64,000 nt of DNA from Antedon mediterranea (GCF_964355755.1 NC_092671.1:34482304-34546303), one strand, 5' to 3'. Positions 39,334 to 52,339 are shown, counted from the first letter of the stretch. The notes: a model not told the origin generated them from the sequence alone. Translations and numbers: made by a program.

Positions 39334-39620
39334 ATCGTCATGGATTAAAAGTACCTGCTAGAGTTGATGCTTTGCAGAACAAAATCATTAAATGTTTAAA
39401 TGATCACGTGACATTCAATCACGGAGGACAAGCAGCATTTTTATCACGCATGCTCCTACAGCTACCTGAATTACGCGTACTTCACGAAGCAGGCGTAGAA
39501 CAGTTAGTGTTACTCAATTCGGACCCAAACATCGAATTACCAGCCGAACTTGCCCATCTACTACCAAACAAGCAAACCAGCCTCGAAGAACAGGACGGTT
39601 GGTCACAATTCAATCTATAA
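39334..39620 (+). CDS. NR4A: NR4A coding exon 7 (LBD end)
   Basis: DRHGLKVPARVDALQNKIIKCLNDHVTFN...LPELR, then a divergent tail to TAA. The seven exons sum to 1995 nt (664 aa plus stop). Confidence 0.93.
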
Positions 39621-41543
39621 TGTAAATCATTTAGCCTTTGATTTTGCATACAACCCTTAATGATAATTTTGGCTTGTATCATAGTATTATAATATCTACA
39701 TAATATACCTGGTTCATGTATTTAAATGTCAAATCATGAGGCCTGTTTAGAATTGTTAATATCTTTTGTACATGACGCGTTAATGTTTTTTAATCATAAC
39801 ACACGATGTACTCACCAAGTTTGTCAGCGTTAGCACGTCATACGTGGATGAGGGAAGGTACGACATAACACAAAATATGGCACTCCCAGTGTATAATGAA
39901 TTAAGTATTTTCAAACTTATGTAATTTATTTTGTAAAAATAGTGAAATATAATATATTAGTCATGGATGCTGAGTATCTGTAGACAAACTTGTATATACT
40001 TGTGTTGAAAATATCTTGACTATGTAAATTAATAGAGTTTATAATTGGTTGTCGCTGTGTGACTCCTATCCTTATTTTATTCCGAGTATAAGAAATGTAA
40101 TTTCGCTGTTGAGTGCCATGAGCTTTGTCATCAGTATTGAGCCTGCGCACAGTGTGTTTTGATTTCTGATAAAGTGTTTTAATAGTTTATTATTACCATA
40201 GTTTTTTTGTGGGTGGGGGTTGGCGGGGTGTAGATGAGGTGTCATGACATTTCAACGGGAGAACAATTTAAGTCGAAGTTAACACTTCTGGCTTGAGCTT
40301 GATAAGCCATTGAAAATAGGCCAATTTCCCGACGCCCAGATTTCAGATGTTATCGACCTCAATGTTGTGTTAATTTTCTGTTAGTCCAAATGATAGAAAT
40401 TTGGATTTTAATTTCTTATGAAATGTAGCGTGACCCCTGGATTGGTATATCGTCACGATGACGTCACATGACGTCTTATTCTGGTTAGTTTCTTCGGGTG
40501 GTTTTCGCTTAACTTGCTGTTGGATTATCAGATTCTTATAATTTTATTTTAATCAACGAAATTAGGTCACAGAAAGCATAACGAAACTATGCATAAATAT
40601 TGATACATAGAAAGAGAGAACGTATTGTTTGTTAATCCCGTATGCTTTCATTGGCGTGTTATTAGTTACGAATAACTTGTAAAACAAGTGCAAACGTATG
40701 TGAGTATTTAGGTCTAATTCTCATTGATTTGATAATTAGATATGTTAATATATGTGGTAATGGTTACCAATCAATTTCATCTATGAAACACAGCATTTCG
40801 TATTGTACAAGTACACATACGTTCGTATAACGCCCTGCGTTTCCATAGCGTTTTGCGCAACGCATTCAGTGAATTGCGTCACATCTGCGCTGCACTCACG
40901 TGATCGATCACTAGTTATGCCAGTTTAATCTAGATGTATTGCGTTGTTCGATTCTATTTCTAAAATGATGTATTTTACATAATTTATATAATGTCAATTT
41001 TTACAAACAATTAATATATGATAATTAATATAAAAATTGAGATACTTAATGAATATGTTTTATTGTATTGTGGGTCAACGGTTGTTATCGGTTTGTATCT
41101 TTCTTTTGTAACGCTTCAAGCTTCGATTTGATAAACGGATTTTTTACTACATGTATAATGCTTTCATTTATTATTAGTCCCTCGATATGACGTCGTTTCT
41201 TCTCTGTCAGATAAAGTCATGACCACGATGACGTCAATATCGCACACAAGGTCGCTGTAATCAGATAGTGTTTTATAATAGTTATACTCCTATCGCTTCA
41301 CACATACCAGTAAAATTAATAATTTCATATTGTGTCGTATTAACATTTTCATTATGATTATAATATTCTGTAAACGCCTATGCATAATGAATTATAATAT
41401 TTGTTTTTATTATATATTACTTTTTCCATATCTTAATCGTTTATTACTGTGTAAGGTATACGGTACCCTTTCCTAGTTCGTTATAGGCACAATTATGTTA
41501 ATTTTAGGGTGTTGTGTTGAAGCATGCCTTATAATACATATTG

Positions 41544-41792
41544 AATAAAACTCCCAATCTGTTTACGGATTTTTAATTTACATATTAGAACAATATAGAA
41601 TAATATAGTTTTAATTAATTTCCACAGGACTTTATGACCACGTTTCAGGTCAAAGGTCAAATTGTTGGTGCTGTTTCACGTAAAATTATTGCAATGCTGA
41701 AGTTGTTGACGTTTTCTGTAAGTGTGTGTGTGTGAGTGTTTGTTATAAGCGCCACTTCGAGTTTTGTACACGAGAACAAAAGTTATAATAAA
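41544..41792 (+). terminator. Candidate NR4A poly(A) signals (AATAAA at 41544 and 41787)
   Basis: First AATAAA hexamers I found after a ~2-kb repeat-poor AU-rich stretch. The second has T/GT-rich sequence downstream. Confidence 0.4.
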
Positions 41793-42830
41793 TCGTTTGT
41801 CGTTGGCAAACAAAAGGAAAAAAATATACTGTGTTTCATCTTCTGTTCATTGTTCTATGAAATATCAACATGGTTAATAAAGTGAATCTAGTTGTTCACT
41901 AGCCTATGCGTAATGATAAGGTTACGATCGGCCTACCTATAACTGCCTACGATTTAGATTTGACGCACACCTGAACACTAATAAATTCATTAATATTATA
42001 TTTTTAATATAACCATTTATGATATCATAATTTCCGTCCACACCAAATAGTATTACTTCTTTTTAATTAATGAAAAATAATTCCAGAATCCTGTACCTGG
42101 CGTATAATTTATATTATTCTTATAAAAAACGGTATTCGGACAATACTTTTTTATTTGTTTAAAACTATTCTGGCTAAATTTCGAATAAGTAATCAACTCT
42201 ATGGCTATCAGGGCTATACATATCATTATTTTATTATACAACAAATCTAATGGGAATTATATAATTATCAATATTTACTTATTTATGTAGGCTACATAAT
42301 GTGTATTATATAACATAATTATATTTCTTCAGTAGGCCTACTAACGTATTACTGAATCAATGTACCACCACAGTAGTGAATCTGTTTCCACTTTGATCAG
42401 ATTGTAAATTACCCGGCGACTGGTGCGCGGTGTTCTTCTCCGCTCTTATAACGAAAGTCTTACAAGTTATCAGTACCGTGCACATTTAAGGCGTTTGGTA
42501 GATAAATGACATGATTAACAAAAACAAACTGAAAGTCCACAACACAACTGAAATCTCAAAGATACTAACGTTGGCGGCGCGCCAACAATTGTATCCTACA
42601 AACGAGTACGGTAATCTATCAAAATCGATCGACGAACCTAATTATTACTGGGCGTTGTTTTAATCGATAACATCTTTGATTTAATGTATTATCAAAGTAA
42701 AAGTCACCTGGTTTCTCCATCACTCTTCCACGTTAAAGTAAAGTAACTATGGGTAGGTACTGGTACTTCAAACTTTTCTATATGCTTTGAAACCAATATA
42801 ATGGATTAAATTACATAAGTGAATAACGTG

Positions 42831-43210
42831 AATATCATTTCGCTCACGACAAAATCATTTTGCTAACGAAAATATCATTTTGCTCACGACAATATCATTT
42901 TGCTCACGACAACATCATTTTGCTCACGACAACATTATTTTTCTCACGACAATATCATTTTGCTCACGGTAATATCATTTTGCTCAGAACAATATCATTT
43001 TGCTCACGACAATATCATTTTGCTCATGGTAATATCATTTTGTTCAGAACAATATCATTTTGCTCACGACAATATCATTTTGCTCACGACAATACCAATT
43101 TGCTCATGACAACATAATTTTTCTCACGGCAATATCATTTTGCTCACGAAAATATCATTTTGCTCACGACAATATCATTTTGCTCACGAAAATATCATTT
43201 TGCTCACGAC
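42831..43210. repeat. 20-bp minisatellite (AATATCATTTTGCTCACGAC) x ~19
   Basis: Head-to-tail units, no spacers. Confidence 0.95.
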
Positions 43211-43239
43211 ACTATTATCTATAAATCAAAAAACTGAAA

Positions 43240-43365
43240 AAAATTACTGAACAAATGACAATTGATATGGGTATCAGTGGCTGGTTCTATTATAAAATAA
43301 GTAAAAAGCAAATTAAACCGAAAAACAGCCAGAAAAAGCTTTTGGGTAACACTAACCCTTCCTTC
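43240..43365 (-). mobile_element. Second Penelope-like terminal-repeat fragment
   Basis: Shares aaattactgaa, tgggtatcagtgg, aaaacagccagaaaa and aacacta.cccttc with 12010-12156. Confidence 0.55.
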
Positions 43366-43389
43366 GTATTGTAATCAATGATGATAAAC

Positions 43390-43551
43390 AAACCTATTCA
43401 AAGGACACACCTATTAAGTATTAAGGAGACTGTGGGACACATCCCGTGAACGAGCACGTCAAAGGAAAAACTTCCAACACCACAGCCAACCACTATTCAG
43501 GGACACTTTGTGGGGTCACGAGATTGTCCCTTTAATGTGGATTGTACTGTA
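43390..43551. mobile_element. Degenerate MITE family C (cctattaaggggacac motifs, Tc1/mariner-like end)
   Basis: Repeated CCTATT.A.GGGACAC blocks and an ACTGTA end. Related fragments at 44465-44570 and 62850-62895. Confidence 0.5.
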
Positions 43552-45598
43552 TTCTACAATAAGATGTGACCGGTGTAAAATGCAATTCGCTTGGTAGATG
43601 TAATAATTATATGATTAACAATGCAGAATTACTGTACTCAAAACAAATTGGAAGTTATAGAGGGCGTTTTTCTACATGATACAGTTGCACGCTACCAGCG
43701 CCCTCTATAATGTTCCCTATTATGTCATAATTAATCATGAATTATTCATGATTTCTGCCCACGTTCTTCCTGGAAAAAAAAATTACGCTACCAGCACGGC
43801 ATAACGGAATACTATGGTGGTTGTTGTCTTTTAGACCACTTAATTAAGAATTACAATACAGTACAAATATTGCATCTACAGTACAGTACTGTATATAATG
43901 CAACATTTTAAAATAATTTGTTTTTGTAGTTGATAAATCGAATTCGAAGTGTCATTTTAAATATGACATCTACTGTACAGTACAACAAATACTAAAAATT
44001 GTTTAATGGTTCAATAATTTCAGTCACTTATAAAAGTAGTCCTGCACACAACAAGTGCACCTCAGTGTTAACAAATAAAAAAAAAATGATTAAAAGCCTA
44101 TGACATTAAATATAAATTCGCAAAAACCTACCTGATATTGGTGACACCGTTCCACCCGCATTTTCGATGAATGCTATTTACAGAGAAAAACAACACCTGT
44201 TACAATAGAAATAGTATTCAAATAGGTGAGTTACATAATCCCACCTGTGTAATGTAAAGGAGTTTCGTATTGCATACGATACAGATAAATAGTTGCAGGG
44301 GAGAATATTTGGTAAAAGTACAGTCTATTCACATTTCTAATGTTAGTAGTATGTATTGAGTATAAAATCATACCAAACTGTTGGGGGCGCTTGATTCACT
44401 GCGTTCAATGCAGTCTTCTCAATATTGTAAAGCCAATATACTTCTTGACGTATTACAACACTATTAAACCCCTATTGAGGGGACACTCGTGTGAAACAAA
44501 CGTGGATGATTATTGTTAACACAACGACTACCCCTATTCAGGGAACACTCTATTAAGGGGACACTTTCTGGTATACACCACCTTCTGTGTACCATTATTA
44601 TCTTGCAGATATTATACCCCCATGCTTATTATGATAGCATAATAATGGGGATCATGATAGGCATAGTTTCAACAATTAAAACATGTAGGCCTACATAGAA
44701 TACATTGAGGACTGATATTATCAAACAATTATAAATAACGATCAATCCGCGATTTTGTGAATTGTTCCAACAATCATCATGTTATCATTATCACGGATCT
44801 AGTCAGTATGGTGGCAGTATTCACAGCTGGTTTTGAGTTTAATTTTGTTTTGGGTTTCTTATTTTATTTTGTTTATGTATATTTTATTATTATTATTATT
44901 ATTATTTTTCTTTGTATGCTTTTTATTTATTTTTACAAGGGGGTGACTCGACTTGGCGGTGTCATGCCCGAATTGAGATGCACTATCTAAACTTCTGCCT
45001 AGGAAAAATATTGATAATCGCTCTTATGAAGTTTTCTGCATCCCACATGGCAAACATTAGTGTTGCAAGGAAAATCATTGATTGCTTATTTTTCTGCAAT
45101 ATTTCTTGAAGTTTCCATTTTTATAATGTGCGCCCTCAACCTTTATATTACACAGTGTCGATATGTACTGTATAATATTTTAAAAACCAATAGTATCGCA
45201 AAAAAATTTTATTTAAAATCAGATTGTTGACGAATATGTTTCATTCGGGTGTGGTGTAGACGAAATCGTCTAAGTTCGTTGAGAAATGTTTATTTTTTTT
45301 TATAATTCCGCTCTCTTTAAAATCCTGGATAAAATAACATTATTATTGTTCAGTAGGCCTACATAACATCGTATTCTTATATTATAACGCGTCAGAGGCG
45401 CTCCGGAGAAAACGGATACATATTAATAGGGCCTACTTTTAGCCTGTATGATGAGAAATAAGATTTAGCAGTAATACTTATTGAGCGTCATAAAAACTGG
45501 CATATTGACTTGTTGAGAGTGATGAGAGGCTGATGTGAGCCATCTACGCCAATATTGTTTGGTAAACTATTGTGTCTGTATAGTACGTTTGGAAGCAA

Positions 45599-45675
45599 CA
45601 TTACCAATCACATTTAGGCAACCAAATAGTATTTTACAATAATACTATTTGGTTGCCTAAATGTGATTGGTAATG
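45599..45675. repeat. Perfect inverted repeat, 35-bp arms, 7-nt loop
   Basis: CATTACCAATCACATTTAGGCAACCAAATAGTATT-ttacaat-AATACTATTTGGTTGCCTAAATGTGATTGGTAATG. Confidence 0.95.
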
Positions 45676-48558
45676 ACTGTTTATAACAGACAATCTTTCA
45701 ACGATAAATAATTTCCCCATTCAAGGAATATAAAACTTTCATGTCGGGCCAATAAAAAAGTGTATGTGTACGTTACGTGAAGTAGATAGACGCCACACGA
45801 GACAGCAAGGTTTTCGATCGCGCATTATTCACCAGCCTATCACGTTGCACACAATTTCGTACGTACTTCTTACGTGCAAAAGAACGAAATAATTTACACC
45901 ACGTGATATGAAATTAAACCAATCAAATGCCAAGGATAACTTATTATAGGAAGAACTGTCATCATCAGCATGATCGTTATTATCATTTATTTGATTTTAT
46001 TATTTTGCATTATGTCACGTACAGTATGGTATATTAAAAACATTGATGTCGTCAAAAAAAGAAAACGAAAATAGTTATAATTAATTCCTTTTATTTCATA
46101 TGTATATAGCACAGTTGATAACAAATCATTTAATTGTTTGCTATCCAGTCAATTATTTGACATAAATTGAAACGATTTCTTTCGTCAATAAATCAGATAT
46201 ATTCATTAAAATACATATAGATAGATCATAATATTACGCCACATGCCTATTATCTAATAGACAAATTCGCAGTCCTCCCGCACCTGACCCCGCCCTTTCT
46301 TCCCGCCCTGTTATCGGTCATCCCCAGACATTGTAGGCCTAACCACCGGACTTATAATTTCAATCCAGCCTATGCTGTAAAATAAACCCTGTTTTACCTT
46401 GTACACGACGTGTTTGTCTTAGACAATATATATATATATATTTAACAATTAACAATAATAGTTCATAACATTTAACAGATACAATATCATACTCTTACGC
46501 TGTGTCTCGTAGACACGTGTTGTCAGAGTGAAACGTAAACTTATCATTGGAACCTAATTCTTCTTAATTGGGTCGTTCAGAATATAATGTTTATATACTA
46601 CGCATCCGTAAAATAGACATTAGGAAACTTTTTTTTACCACGAACATAATTATGTAGATTTATAGGCTTACCGTTGGCCGAGAATACTAATAATTGTTCG
46701 TTGATTCAAGTTTACCTAATTTCAAAGAAAATCCTCAGATTACATTACATGAATGTAATCGGAAACTTAAGAGTATTTTATAAAAAATAAAATAAGAAAT
46801 AAAATACTGAATCTGCATAATTGCTAATAAATAAAAAACACACTTAAGTAATTTTGATTGAAATGATTCTCAAAGATTCTCTTAAGTAGTTGAGTAAAAA
46901 GCGACACAATCCTTGAAATTGGTACTTTATAACTACGGTTTTACGAGAGAAAAAAAACGTAACAAAATCAAACGAAATTGTTTAAAATATAAATTAATTT
47001 ATTGGTGTAACTTAGTGAAAATGCTTGTTACTATTTTTAGATTGATATTCCACATTCTAAGTGATAACCGCTGACGCTAATGTTTGTATGAGGCAAGAAG
47101 GAAGACAAAACATATATTTTAAAAAATTGAATCTTTATCTTCAGGGCATGCAAATCGTAGAGTGAGGTCTAATCATGTTAGAGCGATATTATTGATAGTT
47201 GGTTGGATTTTTAAGCGATTCCCTGTGTTATAACAATCAATCACAGCGATTTAAACAACTAATTGCAATTAATTTGAGCCGATATTGTGCATTTCTTCAA
47301 TTGTCTACAAGGTTATTTGCATTATTACACTATAATAATGTCATCTCTATACAATAAACGAGCACTTATGGGAGTGAGGATCTATCTAGTAAAAGCGACT
47401 AAAATGGGCTCGTGCTGCGAGATAAAATAAACAAAAATTATTATACCGTAGTAATTCGTCAACGAATAATAATCGTTAATGCATTTAAATGGTATATACG
47501 TGTTTCACCATTTTAGCACTAGTATAATTACAAGATTGTGAACGCGCGTGTGTCCGGCAGCAACACCCCGGTGCTGTAGTCAGACTTGGCCAAGCTGAGG
47601 TATGAATGGCGACGAACATTTATCCACTAAGCGCGCACACCAATCGACCAATGAGAGCTACGATACGCATGATTAATCAATTGCGCGTATAGCAACGATT
47701 AGCCAATTATAATAGGGCGCACATCCATGGTCTGGCCTATCAGCGTCTTGTACATCTTCTACGTCATAAGGTGCGCAGCACCGCATTGACCAATCGCAAC
47801 TCCTTAAAATATTCGACCTGGAAATCCCTTATCAACCACCGTTACCGTTACGTCACTTAGCGCTTTTCAAATCAAGAAAAAAAGCGCATTATTACGATCA
47901 TTACAAATATTTGTATCTTTCTACTGGTTTAAGTAAAAATAGATAATGTTTGCATTAAGATAGACCTATAAATAGGCAAATAAAACGCTGTTCTTGAATT
48001 GAAAATACTAAACCTACTTTACAGTCATTGAAACCGCATAACAAAGAATGATGCATGCAGTGTTTACACAGTAGTGCATCTGTCTGTCTGTACCACGTTT
48101 AAAACAAACTGGTAATAACTATAACCTATATTACGGCAGTTATATCAGTCACTGTTACGTACGGTCCGTACACATTGAAACGTATTTAAAGTGTAAAATT
48201 GAACATAGATATCGGGATCAAATAAATATCTTATTTTGCCCTTACATTTTGCTTATAAACACAAATAACACAATGAATATAGTATATTTTCATGACATTT
48301 CGATTGATTATACATCGAATAAGAACTGGACCAGACGCCCTATTTACATTTAAATCCAAACACAACTTCAATATAAATATATTTATACTTATTTTGTATT
48401 ATTTAATTGTTTTTTCAAACAATCTATAAAATAAAATATCCAACTAAATCATAATTATCATAATTTATGATATGAATTGAGATCTTTGCACTTCGGATCT
48501 TAAATAAAGTTATTTACAAGTTCTTAATATAATTATTTTGGAAAGTGTGTTACTTCAT

Positions 48559-49758
48559 TTAGGCGGTATTTTCAGACGGATTGTTATCGTTTGATTTGTT
48601 TTTATTGGTCGATGGCGATGTTGATTCAGTCCTGTTTTCGGTTTGTGATGATTCATTATTTTCTGTATTTTTTGTTGTCACATTGCTACCAGAATTACCC
48701 TTTTTTACATTTGCACTTTGACCCGAGTGCGTCTTCACGTGTTTACTTAGATGATCACTGCGCATAAAGCGTTTGTTACAAATTGGACAAGCGAATCTTT
48801 TTTCACCGGTATGCGTTCGCAAATGACGTTGTAACTCGTCTGAACGAGTAAAGCGTTTCCCGCAAAATAGCCAATTGCACACGAATGGTCGTTCTCCAGT
48901 ATGCCACCGTAAATGAGCTTTCAGATGGGATGTTTTACCGTACACTTTTCCACATCCGGGTATATGACAACTATGAACATTTTTCTTGTGAATAGGTTGT
49001 CCGGCTGCTGCTAGCCGTTCGTTTTCCTGACAGTTTGGACAATCGCATGTAGCTCTACCCGTATATCGACGATCAGCACGTGATGATATTGGAAATCCAG
49101 AAAAAGATGACGGCACTAGAAAGGGTCCAGCATGTCCAGATAACCCAATTAGGTCAACTGGAGGTGACCAATATGGTTTAAAACCAGGATGCGACATGAA
49201 AGACCCTGGTGGGAAAAGATGTCCGCTTGACGATGGTGAAAGTCCTGATGGGATACCGCTATGTGAATAGTCTGCTGCTGAACGCAGGTGCGCTAGATGA
49301 TCGTGCATGTTACCCGGGTGAGGGTTACAGAATCTTAAGTCACAGTTCCTATGAAAGGCAGAGTCACTTTGCACTGATTTTGCAGAGAGTCCTTCTCTGA
49401 CTATATGGCTATACGAATTACAGAACGGCGGATGACATAAAGATGGATGCCTACTGAAAACTCCTTCGTACGGTTTGAGAGCGAGTTGGCGCTCTTTCTT
49501 ATGATCGTCTGTATCCTTAAGTAACATTTCCATTGAGTATGACGTCAGTGAGTTCCTATTTCGTGGGACTTCATTTTCGTCCCCTGATTGTGGTAGCGTT
49601 AGGCGTTCCCGTAGTGAAGACATTGGACAGGGATGTTTCAGTGAATTTATTCCTCGAATGTAGGCCGCATCAAGACCAGAAAGGCCTTTCTGTATGTCCT
49701 CACTGGATGGCTGCCACATAAATTTTGACTGTCCGGTAGGTGGCCACGGCATAGAACT
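48559..49758 (-). CDS. Sp6-9: Sp6-9 (Sp8/Sp9-class) C2H2 zinc-finger transcription factor, main exon
   Basis: Btd box [16 protein letters not shown] and fingers [25 protein letters not shown]...[23 protein letters not shown] are diagnostic of Sp8/9. Minus-strand acceptor ttcctttgctcttccag| before 49758 (phase 0). Confidence 0.93.
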   Translation of the reverse strand, partial: SSMPWPPTGQSKFMWQPSSEDIQKGLSGLDAAYIRGINSLKHPCPMSSLRERLTLPQSGDENEVPRNRNSLTSYSMEMLLKDTDDHKKERQLALKPYEGVFSRHPSLCHPPFCNSYSHIVREGLSAKSVQSDSAFHRNCDLRFCNPHPGNMHDHLAHLRSAADYSHSGIPSGLSPSSSGHLFPPGSFMSHPGFKPYWSPPVDLIGLSGHAGPFLVPSSFSGFPISSRADRRYTGRATCDCPNCQENERLAAAGQPIHKKNVHSCHIPGCGKVYGKTSHLKAHLRWHTGERPFVCNWLFCGKRFTRSDELQRHLRTHTGEKRFACPICNKRFMRSDHLSKHVKTHSGQSANVKKGNSGSNVTTKNTENNESSQTENRTESTSPSTNKNKSNDNNPSENTA

Positions 49759-51484
49759 CTGGAAGAGCAAAGGAATAAACCAATTAGATAAAAGTGCAAT
49801 TTACAATTAACACAATTTGTCAGGTCTACTTTTTTTTTATAAAAAAAAAATAAGTGGGTATTTAGGAAGTTGTTTTACAGATTTTACAGATTATATAAAT
49901 TGTTACTATTTTATCTATTAGCGGCCTTTCGGGCGCTTTTTCTTATTATTTGTATAGTTTGCAATTTTTTTCATTTGTTAACGGTATATTGGTTACTTGA
50001 TGAAATAATTAATATTAATAAATCGTATTCAGAATGTATCTGTTAAAGAAATATAAAAATACAAAGTGCTTTTTCCCGATACTTAAAAATAAATGTCACC
50101 CTTCCTTGCTACAATAAAACAAAAATCATTGATATTATGCACTGTTTATTGACCTATCTATATAAAGTACACACGAGGCGCGACTTTTTAACGACAAATT
50201 AAATGCCGTACCGGTAAACATTAATTCGTTTAAAATGACCCACATGTTTATTTCATTATCGGTCTGCTAGATTTCTCTAAAATCTTAGGAAAATTCCGTA
50301 ATACAGTATCACATGTATTTCACATGTGGCCAGTTATTTTAACATGACAAGCTACTTTTCCATTATTTATAATATCATCTCGCCTTCAAACACATTAACT
50401 TAAACAACATGACCTATCGTTTTAGCTCTGTAATATAAATTTTCTCTGTATTCATGTTTGTTTTATCTAGATTTCAACACAATGTCAAAATATTTTATAT
50501 AATCTTTTAACCTCTGTCTGTGTAATATTACTTAAATATTCATTGATAAATAGATAGATAGACATATATACTGTAACCTTCACCATATTGTTTATCATTG
50601 CAATAAAAGTGGGTTGCCCCCACAAAAGAGGAAAAAAAAAACATGACAAAACACAATGTAACTTTTTGTGTGTAAAAATCTCTCTAGCTGGTAATGACAC
50701 TTTACCATGAGACGCTTAATAGTTTTAATAATATTTTAGATTATTAAATCGAGTGGGGTATCACATGTTACAAAAGTAGCCCGTCATACCGGTGTTACAT
50801 ATCTCTCATCTCATGTATTACAAAGTATTAATAGGTTATATGAATAATCCATACAGACAAAATATAAACCTAATTTAATTTTTTTAATAAGTAGGCCAAA
50901 CCTAAAAGTGCGTTTTGAAACGAAGTGAAATACCAACATAGGTAGTAAAATTTGTGTATACATTTTGTTTTAGAAAATGTGATACCGAAACAGATTTTGT
51001 CTGAAGACAACGAATAAATAATAATAAACTAAAGCAGAAGATTATTAAATAATGTAAAAAAATAAAACTGTTAGGCCTATTTGATTAATCAGTAAGATTA
51101 AGATTATTGAAAAAAAACTAAGCTAACCACCACAAGAAACAAATTATATATTTTTTTTAACCACTAAAACATAGTAATCATACAACAAGCGGATTCCTTA
51201 GATGATTAGAACTATAATATTTATACATCATTTAATAACGAATTAAATATAAAACAGAAAAATAAAAACATTAATAATTTTTAGAAAGACAATATCGGGA
51301 CAATATCAATTAAACAAATACTCTGATACCCTTCTTTATATAAATGCTAAATAAATGTTACAATTTCTATTAACAGAAGTAATAAATAATATCGATGTGA
51401 AATAAATAAATATTAAAAAGCATAATTAATAATTTACAATAATGAAAACGCTAAGTCAATTATTGTATTAAGATATATAGCTAC

Positions 51485-51490
51485 CTGCAT
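51485..51490 (-). CDS. Sp6-9: Possible coding tip (Met-Gln) of Sp6-9 first exon
   Basis: Minus strand ...GAGTCA ATG CAG|GTAGCT, phase 0, at the boundary between AT-rich intron-like and higher-complexity UTR-like sequence. In-frame stop upstream. Confidence 0.35.
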
Positions 51491-52339
51491 TGACTCCCTG
51501 ATCGCGACTGAGAGAATGTACGTATAGTCACTGCACAAGACACTGCTAGAACTGCTGAATATATTGATGGTCAGCTAGTAAAAACCTTCAATTTTTAATA
51601 ATCGTCGTAGGCCTAATGTACTTTCTATGTCACTGACCGCAACTGGAATTGCTTCCGGTGCAGAATAATTAGAATACCAGAACGTTTTAATGTCTTTTCG
51701 CTGACTCGTAGTAAGTGTCTTCATCAGTAATTAGCTCTAGCAAGCTTTCTCTTTGTAAGCTAAATGAACAAATGTAGTTCAGAAGCAAGAGAGGCCGTCC
51801 GATCTGACTTTCCGGGCAATAACCTATTCTTTCTCTATGCCAATGACCTCAGAATTTTGAAGCCCCGGGCTAGACTGGGGACCTTCCGTTAAAGTGGGTC
51901 TGAAGTTAGGTTGGTGTGAATGGGAGGTTTTCAACGGAATCTGCACAGCCCACCGAAATACACACAACGTCAACTAGGGATGGGTAAACAATTGTAGATA
52001 AAAAGGTACTGTTATGCTTCAATGCTTGCCATTGATCTTTCAACAAACGAATTAAATATGTAAAATGACAGAAAATAGAAAGGTTCCCGCCTCGGGAAAT
52101 GTGTCCGACTTGTTTAATAAACAGACGATGCTTACAGCATTGCTTTATAGAATGATAGGTTATTTCCGCCAAGTGTCGACGTATTGGATGTAAGCAGACG
52201 ACAAAAGGGACTAACAAACAATTGCATAAAGCGGTGAGTCCTAAAAGAAGTTAGGCCTTGACGGCTAGGGCACGGGAGTTCAACGCCAAAGATGTTCTCA
52301 TCAGTGGTGGAATCTGACCTTGGGGGCTGCACGAACTTC

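Noticed and set aside
42831-43210. Regular 20-bp repeats as a CRISPR array or coding ORFs
   Set aside because: No unique spacers, no cas genes, eukaryotic context. The ORFs are products of the repeat.
48559-49770. Calling the minus-strand gene a second Sp5, or using the TTG start at 49770
   Set aside because: The Btd box [10 protein letters not shown] and finger 3 are Sp8/9 type. The TTG lies in the splice-acceptor tract, as does the one at 15462.
49920-49942. GCGGCCTTTCGGGCGC plus T-run, resembling a bacterial terminator
   Set aside because: Imperfect stem inside a eukaryotic intron, with no supporting context.
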